64,000 bases of DNA, taken from positions 5,778 through 69,777 of the forward strand of contig DATEFB010000007.1 of assembly GCA_035280845.1 (NCBI GenBank). Direction: 5' to 3'. A program made the translations under genes and the position numbers. A model generated the notes under the pieces. It saw only the letters and a list, made by a program, of their open reading frames with translations, was not told the DNA's origin and made no database searches. Shown here in pieces: positions 1 through 8,097 of this stretch. Within the stretch, counting starts at the first letter, position 1; each line of letters opens with the position of its first letter. Source of the stretch: Candidatus Saccharimonadales bacterium. Lineage in GTDB: Bacteria; Patescibacteriota; Saccharimonadia; Saccharimonadales; EFPC-124.

Positions 1-22
1 TTCATGATAAGCTTCTAGAAGA

Positions 23-1090
23 ATGCATCTGATCAAACTCGTATTGTTTATTCTATTAGGCTTCGCCATTGCTCAAATTACTGGCATCCATAACCTGGAA
101 AATGCCCATTGGTATGTGTTGGTTGTGGCGGCTCTTTTGGCAATCGGTCTATATGCCAGCACATACGGCATCGACCTAAAGGAAGCGCGTAAGCATCTGA
201 AAATTATTGTCAGCGCAGTAACGGTTGGTGTCGTACTAAAAGCGGCTATTGTAGGCGGTAGCTTGGCGTTGTTGTTCCAGGACCCATTCTTCTTAATCCT
301 CGGCATTACAGTTGCGCAGATCGACCCGCTTTCTGTTGCCGGTTTGATGAAGGGGAGCCGTATGTCTGCGAAGGCTAAAACAATCCTGGCGTCATGGGCG
401 TCGTTTGACGACCCGATAACGGTCATACTTGCTCTATATGCGCCCTTGTTGGTGGCTCAGCTAACCGGCGTGGACCTAGGCTCGATAACGGGCAACCCAG
501 ACACAAGTAGTAATGTGGTTGCGTACGTTCGTGAGCTTGGGCTGAATCTGTTACTGGCGGGTGGTGCGCTGGTTCTGTGGCTTGTTATTCGGTATTACAC
601 CAAGAAAGCTTACGCGTGGCTCGCCCCTAGGTTGGCGGTTAGTGTGTACCTGCTACTTGCGGCTGTATTCTCAATATCGGTGCTTTACTTTATGATGCTG
701 GGCATAGCCTTGGTCGGCCTATTCCTACGCCCGCCAAAGCTCGATATGATCATTGACCACACAATTACATGGGCGCTGCGTGCCGCGGCTGTGTTACTTG
801 GTCTCCTGTTGATTGGTGGAGTAGATATTTGGAAGGGTATTGCGCTTGGTGTGGCTGCTTACTTCGCCCAGGTTATCGTGGGCTTCCTGCTGACGCGCGG
901 ATTGCCAACGAAAGATCGTTGGCATATCTCATTCGCACAACAGAACGGCATTACGGCGATTATTTTGGCGCTGCTGTTTGAGCCGATACATCCCGGTACG
1001 GTAGCCATTGTCGCTCCGGCCATCATTGTGATTAACGGCTTGCACTGGTTGATGAATAAGTTCGTAGACAACAAGCTGCTACGGGCCTAG
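23..1090 (+). CDS. Polytopic membrane protein, cation/proton antiporter-like
   Basis: 355-aa ORF that is almost entirely hydrophobic helices. Segments such as 'GITVAQIDPLSVAGL' and 'FDDPITVILALY' resemble the CPA (Na+/H+ exchanger) family. The family call is from recall only. Confidence 0.45.
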   Translation: MHLIKLVLFILLGFAIAQITGIHNLENAHWYVLVVAALLAIGLYASTYGIDLKEARKHLKIIVSAVTVGVVLKAAIVGGSLALLFQDPFFLILGITVAQIDPLSVAGLMKGSRMSAKAKTILASWASFDDPITVILALYAPLLVAQLTGVDLGSITGNPDTSSNVVAYVRELGLNLLLAGGALVLWLVIRYYTKKAYAWLAPRLAVSVYLLLAAVFSISVLYFMMLGIALVGLFLRPPKLDMIIDHTITWALRAAAVLLGLLLIGGVDIWKGIALGVAAYFAQVIVGFLLTRGLPTKDRWHISFAQQNGITAIILALLFEPIHPGTVAIVAPAIIVINGLHWLMNKFVDNKLLRA

Positions 1091-1116
1091 TAGATTCTGT
1101 AAATGGGTTGGGAAGG

Positions 1117-2494
1117 CTAATGGTACAAATCCAGGGTGCTGTACGGATCATAAAAAGGAATATGCACGACCGGATTATGTATTTGGTACAGCTGCATTGG
1201 CGGTACATTCGCTTCGCCGCTCAAGTTTGTGGCCTGGGAGGTAAATGCCACAGTTCTGCCATCGCCGCTAATTGACGAGTAGAAGCTCCAGCCATTGGCC
1301 TGCACGCCGTCGCGCGAGCCGCGATTGATGCGCCGGGTCAGGTTGGCGCTACGGTCGTATAGGAAAATATCAATCGCGTCATTGTTGTCGGCCTGCACCA
1401 GGTTGTTGGCCAATGAGCCATACACAACGTAGCGGCCGTCGTAACTGATATCGGGATAGTACGTTTCGCCAACGGCTTGGTTGCCGCGGCTGGTAACGTT
1501 AATCCGCTGTGTGGCGCCGGTTTGGACGTTGTAGACAAATACGTCATTGTTTTCGTTGGTGTCGCCAGGCACGATATTCGTGGCCTGCGAAATGTAGGCA
1601 ACAAACTGCCCGTTGCCACTAATGACTGATTGGTTAGATGCGCGGTTGGCAATGCCGCCGCTCTGAGTTTTACTAACCAGCTTTATCTCACCTGTTTGTA
1701 GGTCGCGCCGGTAGACGTCGTACGTTTCATTCGTGTCTTCGGGTACTAGTGGCGAAAAGGCTGTGAAGGCGACATAGCGCCCATCGTAACTCATGGTAGC
1801 TTCGTTATTGCTGGCCAGTGCTGTCGGTGCTCGCGTTACGCGTGACCCCGGCAGTGAGGTTGCGAACGGCAACATCCAGGTTGTTATTGGTGTCGCCCGG
1901 CCCAATCGGGTGGTCAGTGCTAAAGACTACAGATTGACCGTCACGGCTGAGGATGGGTCCATACTCGAACGACATTCGCTCCTCGACGCTAATGCGCAGG
2001 CCGAGCGTATTAAGGTTGGCTAGTGTGTGCTTTTTTGTAACGCGGTCGTATACAAAAATGTTCATGCAGGGGATGCCGCCGCAAGCCGTTAGCGAGGGGT
2101 CGGCGAGCAAATTTTTTGCCAGTGACGTAAAGGCGACGTAGCGGCCATCGGGCGATACGCTTGGCCGGTGGCTAAGGTTGTTGCCTGGTTTGCCATCTGG
2201 CCCACGGCTGATTAATTCAGTTTGCTTGGTAACTCGGTCGTATGCAAAGATGTCTGGATACCCGCTGGTATCGCCAGAAACCAGCATGTCAAAATTGGTG
2301 GCAAAGACGGTGATACGGCCGTCTTGGCTAATGGTCCGCGGAGACTGTTTCTCGATCCAGGTGTGGGGCGAGTTAAAATTGAGGCCAGAAGTTACGCGCG
2401 TTGTCGTACTCAAGCTACTGGCGCGAGCGGTTGGCGTAGTAACAAGCCCAAGGCCTACTGATACTAAGAGCGCTACAAAAAGTGTTTTTTTCAT
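1117..2494 (-). pseudogene. Secreted TolB-like beta-propeller (PD40 repeat) protein split by a frameshift near 1805-1815
   Basis: Two overlapping same-strand ORFs: 1805..2494 (signal peptide MKKTLFVALLVSVGLGLVTTPTARA) and 1117..1905. Both carry PD40-type repeats ('DGRYVAFTS', 'DGRTVAFTSQATNL', 'PGDTNxxxDVF'). The repeat register continues across the junction (...VTRNASTDSTGQQ* then ...SNNEATMSYDGRYVAF). Confidence 0.55.
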
Positions 2495-2790
2495 GATCCT
2501 CCTTATGATAAGAGGGAAAAGTTAAATGGCTCTGAAACGAATAGCTTAAGTAAGAATAGATAGTGCGCACCTGGCAGTTATGGTGGGCGAAGTCGGTTGA
2601 CTCCGTCAAATACTTATGCTTTAATGTGACTAAACGAAAGGTTTAATATAATAATGGCAGGCACAACTTCAAACTAGTCGCTTAAGCACTTGTTTTTTGT
2701 TGTGTTCAATATATTTAAACCTAGAAACCGAGCGCCGTTTAAGCGATTAGCTTACACATCAGGCGCTCGGTTTTTCTATGGAGCAAATAT

Positions 2791-3357
2791 ATGCAAGAAA
2801 TCCTTAAGGCCATTCACAAATCAAAAAACCCTAATGGCCGTCCGCTTATAATAGCCATTTCTGGCTACGGTGGTTCGGGCAAAACAACGCTCGCGGAAGC
2901 ATTAAAACAGCAGCTGCTGAGTGCAGAGATCGTGACAATTGATTCCTTCAGTAATCATGTATGGCACCGCAACGAAGATTGGGATAATTTTGACCGTAAC
3001 AGGTTTGTAAAAGAGATTCTTCGGCCTGCTCATGCGAACAAGTTTCCGCTCACCTACGCACGTGTGCCATGGCCAGGATATACGGAAGACCCTGCTATTC
3101 GTGTGCAGCGGACCACGCACCTCATTGTTGAAGGTTGCAGTATTTTCCATCCTGACCTGCTTGATTTATATGATCTAAAAATTTGGGTTGATTGCCCACT
3201 TGAGGAAGCGACCAGGCGCGGCATGTGGCGCGACCGGCATGTTCATAAAGACGAACAAGACCACTATTGGCGTACCATTTGGATGCCGAATGAGCGCGAT
3301 TTTATGGCCAAGTATCGTCCAGATGCAGCGGCCGACATACTATTTAACACGAATTAG
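2791..3357 (+). CDS. P-loop kinase of the uridine kinase / phosphoribulokinase family
   Basis: 188 aa with an N-terminal Walker A 'ISGYGGSGKTTLAEAL'. Size and layout are typical of Udk-like kinases. GGAG lies 8 nt upstream of the ATG. Confidence 0.55.
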   Translation: MQEILKAIHKSKNPNGRPLIIAISGYGGSGKTTLAEALKQQLLSAEIVTIDSFSNHVWHRNEDWDNFDRNRFVKEILRPAHANKFPLTYARVPWPGYTEDPAIRVQRTTHLIVEGCSIFHPDLLDLYDLKIWVDCPLEEATRRGMWRDRHVHKDEQDHYWRTIWMPNERDFMAKYRPDAAADILFNTN

Positions 3358-3366
3358 TGTAACTAA

Positions 3367-5148
3367 ATGAAATACTTGAATATAGGAATATTGGCACATG
3401 TAGACGCTGGCAAGACCAGCCTTACCGAACGGTTATTGTATACAGCGGGTGTGATCGACAAAATCGGCAGTGTCGACGCAGGCAATACTCAAACTGATTC
3501 ATTACAGCTTGAGCGTCAGCGCGGCATCACCATTAAATCGGCCGTCGCTTCGTTTGATATTGGCGATACGCGCGTCAACCTGATCGACACGCCCGGACAC
3601 CCCGATTTTATAGCCGAGGTAGAGCGTGTGTTGAGTGTGCTCGATGGTGTGGTGCTTGTCATTTCGGCCGTAGAAGGGGTGCAGCCGCAGACGCGCATTT
3701 TAATGCGAGCATTGCAACGCCTTAAGATCCCAACGGTCATCTTCGTAAATAAAATTGACCGCATGGGTGCTCGGTATGATGATTTGCTTGAGGAAATTGC
3801 CGCCAAGTTAAGCTTGGAAGCTGCGCCAATGGTGACAGTGGGGAATCTGGGCCATAAAAACGCCAATGTTAAGCTCAGCATTCAGGTTAAGCCGAGCAAT
3901 GCCACCCCGATATTCTTTGGTTCGGCTATCACGGGCGCGGGCGTCGTAGAGTTAATGAACACCCTGCCCACCCTGCTGTCTGGCGCGAATAATTCCGCAC
4001 AGGCTACTTCGGGCACTATTTTTAAGATCGAGCGTGGGCAGCGAGGCGAAAAGATCGCTTATCTGCGTATGTTTTCGGGCACAATCAGGGCGCGCGAAAA
4101 TTTGCCTTTCGGAAAAGTGGTCGCTCTACACGTTTATAGGCATGGTCAGACATTAGCGACAACAAGCCTTGGCGCCGGCGAGATTGGTAAGGTGTGGGGC
4201 TTGGGGAGGGCGCAGGTTGGCGATGTGGTGGGTGAAGCCAGTAATGCTATCTCTGCCTTTGCACCTCCGACGCTTGAAGCCGGTGTGGTTGCTAAAAATG
4301 CCCAACAACAGGCTGCACTAAACACTGCGCTAAAGCAGCTTGCCGAACAAGACCCGCTGATTAACCTCCGGCAAAGTGGGCAAAACTTGTACGTGTCGCT
4401 GTATGGCGAAGTGCAAAAAGAAGTAATTGCTATGACGCTTGCCCAAGATTTTGGCGTTGAGGCTGCATTTGAACGGACGCAGCCAATTTGCATTGAGCGC
4501 TTAGTCGGTACTGGCTACGCTGTGCAGTTTTTGCAGGAAGAGAGTAACCCGACTTCGGCAACGGTGGGGCTGCGCATTGAACCAGGCCAGCCTGGCTCGG
4601 GTTTAGTAGTTAGGCTCGAAAATATATCACCACGCCTTTTACCGCTTTACATCTATAAAAATACGAGTAACTTTGTCGGGCATATGCGTGAGTACGTCAT
4701 CGAAACTCTGAGGCACGGGCTAGAAGGGTTAGAGGTCACCGACTGTATAGTGACAATCACAGATAGCAATTACTATGTTGGCGACGGCATGGGCAAACCA
4801 ATAAGCGAGACACCCAAGACTACGGCGGCTGACTTTCGTGCATTAGCCCCAACCATTCTACATAAGGCGTTACAACAAGCGGGCACCGTGATATGCGAGC
4901 CAATATGTCATTTTACGCTAGAAGTCCCCAATGACGCTCTTGCCAGAATCTTGCCAGTACTTGCGCAGCTTCGTGCCATTCCAAGCTCCACAGAACCTGG
5001 GCGCGGGGTGTATGTTCTAAGAGGCGAGATTCCATCCGCCCTTATACACGACCTGCAGCAAAGGCTCCCGGATTTGACGAGCGGTGAAGGCTTTTTGGAG
5101 TATGTGTTTGATCGGTACGAGCCAAAACGTGGGTTTGAGCACCGCTAG
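3367..5148 (+). CDS. Tet(M)/Tet(O)/OtrA-type ribosomal protection GTPase homologue
   Basis: 593-aa translational GTPase. The N-terminus 'NIGILAHVDAGKTSLTERLLY..GSVD.G.T.TD...ERQRGITIKS...DTPGHPDFIAEVERVLSVLDG..LVISA.EGVQPQTRIL..AL..L.IPT..F.NKIDR' follows the Tet(M) N-terminus closely as I recall it. Confidence 0.7.
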   Translation: MKYLNIGILAHVDAGKTSLTERLLYTAGVIDKIGSVDAGNTQTDSLQLERQRGITIKSAVASFDIGDTRVNLIDTPGHPDFIAEVERVLSVLDGVVLVISAVEGVQPQTRILMRALQRLKIPTVIFVNKIDRMGARYDDLLEEIAAKLSLEAAPMVTVGNLGHKNANVKLSIQVKPSNATPIFFGSAITGAGVVELMNTLPTLLSGANNSAQATSGTIFKIERGQRGEKIAYLRMFSGTIRARENLPFGKVVALHVYRHGQTLATTSLGAGEIGKVWGLGRAQVGDVVGEASNAISAFAPPTLEAGVVAKNAQQQAALNTALKQLAEQDPLINLRQSGQNLYVSLYGEVQKEVIAMTLAQDFGVEAAFERTQPICIERLVGTGYAVQFLQEESNPTSATVGLRIEPGQPGSGLVVRLENISPRLLPLYIYKNTSNFVGHMREYVIETLRHGLEGLEVTDCIVTITDSNYYVGDGMGKPISETPKTTAADFRALAPTILHKALQQAGTVICEPICHFTLEVPNDALARILPVLAQLRAIPSSTEPGRGVYVLRGEIPSALIHDLQQRLPDLTSGEGFLEYVFDRYEPKRGFEHR

Positions 5149-6389
5149 TCCGTCGGTTGGTGGTCTGTGCTTTTCTGACGCAGCCAAAAATACACCGACC
5201 CTAAAACGAGTATCGTAACCATAATTATGACACTCCAGCGGATAGGTTCAACAATTTTGCCCTCTACTGCAAATATGCCTATGAGACTCAGCAGCGCGGC
5301 GGAAAGCAGCTTGCCAACAAAAGAATAGAGCGAGCCGAGTGTGGCCCGTGATTCGTCTGGGGCATGGTGCTGGATTTGCGTCTCGTTATGAACTGACATA
5401 ACGCGCAGCATCCTGGTAAGCAAGAAGAAGCCGATCACGGCTATAGCGGTGCCGCCCATAAAACTTAGTGCGAAGAGTGCTGTAAAGCCGAGGATGATCG
5501 CAAGATGGTGGCGCGCAATCTGAGCCTCCAAGTGATGCATCCACCAGTACAATACAACGGCCGTGGCGCCGCCGATCGAGATAAACAGCGCAACCATCTG
5601 AGTCGGCGTGCCCACTTGCTGGTAGTAGGCGGGCAGGTATTCGCCGAGCATACCCATTAAACCCTGCACAATAATGGCGCCGAACAAGATGCGACGCAAC
5701 AGAGGCTTGTCTTTGATTGTTTTTAGGGCGCCTGCTAAAACTTTAGGTTTTATATTAACTTCAACCTCGGTTTTGCTGTGTGTTGAAGGCAGTCTTAGCG
5801 TGATCCACAGTGACATTGCGCTCACCGCCACACTTAAAACAAGCAACAACGAGTAGTGCGGGCCAATAAGGAAAGCTGCAAAGCTACCGGCAGCGTATGC
5901 AAGCATAGTAAAAGCGCTGCTGCGTGCATAGATTTTGCCGAAAGCTTTTTTGTTTTTGTCGTCGAGCGATTCGTACAGGTATGCCTGGAATGCCCCCGAA
6001 ATAAACGCCTCGCCTATGCCCCACATAACAAATCCGGCGGCATAGCCCAAAAAGCTTGGGAACAAAAGCCACGTGGCAAATGTAGCGAGCTGCAAAACAT
6101 GGCCAAGCACGAGCGACCATTTTTTAGACATTTTGTCGGCAATAATGCCTGTGGGCACTTCGGCGAGTACAGAGACAACCATCCAAATAGCCAGCAGCAG
6201 ACCAATGCCAGTCGCAGAAACATCGCCCCGCTCGCCAAACATAATGACGTAGAACGGGTAAATGACAATAAATTCGGACATGAAGGACAGGGCGAAGATT
6301 CGCTTAGTGAGGGGCGGTAGCGGTTCGCGCGGTGTAGTGCTCCTGGCGCGGCCCAATAACGCGTATAAAGAAATACGTTTTTTACTCAT
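5145..6389 (-). CDS. MFS transporter
   Basis: About 12 hydrophobic helices. The start is moved to ATG 6389 (MSKKRISLYALL...). The ORF-track N-terminal extension to 6686 runs through an unrelated high-GC cassette and reads as low-complexity Arg/Ser/Pro. The stop overlaps the convergent GTPase stop in a shared CTAG (5145-5148). Confidence 0.75.
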   Translation of the reverse strand: MSKKRISLYALLGRARSTTPREPLPPLTKRIFALSFMSEFIVIYPFYVIMFGERGDVSATGIGLLLAIWMVVSVLAEVPTGIIADKMSKKWSLVLGHVLQLATFATWLLFPSFLGYAAGFVMWGIGEAFISGAFQAYLYESLDDKNKKAFGKIYARSSAFTMLAYAAGSFAAFLIGPHYSLLLVLSVAVSAMSLWITLRLPSTHSKTEVEVNIKPKVLAGALKTIKDKPLLRRILFGAIIVQGLMGMLGEYLPAYYQQVGTPTQMVALFISIGGATAVVLYWWMHHLEAQIARHHLAIILGFTALFALSFMGGTAIAVIGFFLLTRMLRVMSVHNETQIQHHAPDESRATLGSLYSFVGKLLSAALLSLIGIFAVEGKIVEPIRWSVIIMVTILVLGSVYFWLRQKSTDHQPTD

Positions 6390-6429
6390 AATGGTTAAAT
6401 GGCACAAAGAAAGTATAGCAAGTGTAGGG

Positions 6430-6468
6430 CTTCGCGCCTGCCCCAATGGTGCTGGGGCAGGCGCGAAG
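6430..6468 (-). terminator. 15-bp perfect GC-rich hairpin downstream of the 6475..6804 ORF (no T-tract)
   Basis: cttcgcgcctgcccc (6430-6444) pairs perfectly with ggggcaggcgcgaag (6454-6468). Confidence 0.55.
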
Positions 6469-6474
6469 GGGCAC

Positions 6475-6804
6475 CTAATGCCGGCGCAGGCGGTACACAA
6501 GCGCCGCGATGATGTACACGAGCACGAGACAGCCGATGAAGAGGGGGATGGACCCCCACCACGACCAGCCGAAGGCTGAGGTGAGGCCGCTCGCCAGCGC
6601 GCCCGATGGAACGAACAGGACGGCCGCCTTGGTGAAGTTCTCCCGGTAGCTTCCGCCGCCGAAACCGAAGGTGGCAATCTCGCCAACGCCGTGGATGACG
6701 CCGGCCAGGATTGCTGCCGCGACCAGCGCGATCAGGCCGCCCTTCAGCGCCCAGGCGATATCGCTCCCGGTCACATCGACAGTAAACTGCAGTGCTGCGT
6801 TCAT
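6475..6804 (-). CDS. Small three-helix membrane protein, unknown function (high-GC cassette A)
   Basis: 109 aa with a strong SD (aacaGGAGGaatgaATG) and mostly G/C third positions. Three hydrophobic segments. TTGACT-16-TATAAT lies in the AT-rich upstream flank. Confidence 0.6.
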   Translation of the reverse strand: MNAALQFTVDVTGSDIAWALKGGLIALVAAAILAGVIHGVGEIATFGFGGGSYRENFTKAAVLFVPSGALASGLTSAFGWSWWGSIPLFIGCLVLVYIIAALVYRLRRH

Positions 6805-6905
6805 TCATTCCTCCTGTTGAGGACGACAAATCGGTGACTTAATTATAAAATAAGCTATTATTTAGTCAAGTATTACAAGAATAATAATGATGTTAACAAA
6901 GTACC

Positions 6906-6934
6906 TTGACAGTCATAGTAATATGACTTACACT
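6906..6934 (+). promoter_or_regulatory. Sigma70-type promoter giving a leaderless padR transcript
   Basis: TTGACA (6906-6911), 17-nt spacer, TACACT (6929-6934). The ATG at 6941 is 7 nt downstream and has no SD. Confidence 0.5.
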
Positions 6935-6940
6935 GTATTT

Positions 6941-7270
6941 ATGATGAACAAGAATATGTCATCGGATTTGCTCCGTGGCCATACCGACACCATCGTCCTG
7001 AAACTTTTGGAAGGTGGCGATAAGTACGGCTACGAAATCACTAAATTAGTGTATGAGCATTCCGGCCAGAAGTACGAATTAAAAGAAGCCACCATGTACT
7101 CGAGCCTGAAGCGTCTCGAAAACGATGGGCATATCACCTCGTATTGGGGTGATGAAACCCAGGGCGGCCGCCGCAAATACTACCGCATTACCCCGTCCGG
7201 GCGTGTGCTATATAAAGACAATAAGCAGAACTGGGACAGCGCAAAGCAGATCCTGGGCAACCTATTATAA
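6941..7270 (+). CDS. PadR family transcriptional regulator
   Basis: 'LLRGHTDTIVLKLLEGGDKYGYEITKLV....YELKEATMYSSLKRLENDGHITSYWGDETQGGRRKYYRITPSG' is a canonical PadR winged helix. Start chosen from promoter geometry; the ORF track starts at 6887. Confidence 0.8.
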   Translation: MMNKNMSSDLLRGHTDTIVLKLLEGGDKYGYEITKLVYEHSGQKYELKEATMYSSLKRLENDGHITSYWGDETQGGRRKYYRITPSGRVLYKDNKQNWDSAKQILGNLL

Positions 7271-7283
7271 GAAGGAAATAATT

Positions 7284-8078
7284 ATGGAAAAGAAACTACA
7301 GTCATTCTTAGAAAAAACATTTGAACCCTACGGTGCGTTCCCATCCCGCGCAGACGTGATGCAGGAAATGCGCGTTAACTTGCAAGAGAAATACGCTGAC
7401 CTGAAAGGCCAGGGCATGGGCGACAAAGAAGCCTATGAAGCAACGATTGAATCGTTTGGTGACATTGCCGAAATCATGGAGCAATTGCCCCACGGCACAG
7501 CCGACGAGCCAGCTGCCCGCCGCGCAAGCAAAGCCAAGTTCAAAATGGTTTCGTTGAAGGAAGTTGACCTTGGCGACTCTAACCTGAGCACGGCGAACTT
7601 TAGCGGCAGTGATATTGCGGGCACATCGTTCGACAATTCGAACATGACCGGCGCGGTGATGATGGGCGCAAATGCCAAGAACACATCGTACGTTAATACA
7701 AACCTAACCGACGCTAAGTTCGGGGCAAGCAACCTGCAATACGCGCGTTTTAACAAAGCCAATCTGACTCGCACAACATTTAGTGCGTCTGCCTTGAAAG
7801 AAGTTAAGTTCACCGATGCAGTTTTGCTCGACACATTGTTTAGTCGCTGCGACATGGGCGGGGTAGCATTCGATAACCTCACTCTTGATGGTGTTGCCTT
7901 TGAAGCGACATCGCTCAAGGGAGTCACGTTTAAGGGTGCAACTATTACGAACGTGTCATTCCATCACAGTGAGGTAAAGCACGCCAACTTTGACGGCGCC
8001 ACAATGGACAAGGTAACCTACGCAATCCTGCAGGGTGCAAAAGCGAACCTGCAAAACGTTACTGTCGCAACGAGCTAG
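7284..8078 (+). CDS. PadR-associated N-terminal helical domain fused to a pentapeptide-repeat domain
   Basis: The N-terminus 'MEKKLQSFLEKTFEPYG...DVMQEMRVNLQEKYADLKGQGMGDKEAYEATIESFGDIAEI' resembles DUF1700-type partners of PadR. From about residue 95 there are tandem pentapeptide repeats ('ANFSGSDIAGTSFDNSNMTGAVMMGANAKNTSYVNTNLTDAKFGASNLQYARFNKANLTRTTF...'). Confidence 0.7.
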   Translation: MEKKLQSFLEKTFEPYGAFPSRADVMQEMRVNLQEKYADLKGQGMGDKEAYEATIESFGDIAEIMEQLPHGTADEPAARRASKAKFKMVSLKEVDLGDSNLSTANFSGSDIAGTSFDNSNMTGAVMMGANAKNTSYVNTNLTDAKFGASNLQYARFNKANLTRTTFSASALKEVKFTDAVLLDTLFSRCDMGGVAFDNLTLDGVAFEATSLKGVTFKGATITNVSFHHSEVKHANFDGATMDKVTYAILQGAKANLQNVTVATS

Positions 8079-8097
8079 TGCTATACTTACGTCTGTT

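Noticed and set aside
6390-6686. N-terminal 99-aa extension of the MFS ORF (ORF-track 5145..6686, 513 aa)
   Set aside because: The extension is low-complexity Arg/Ser/Pro/Ala read from the antisense of the high-GC cassette. An internal ATG at 6389 gives a normal MFS N-terminus (MSKKRISLY...).
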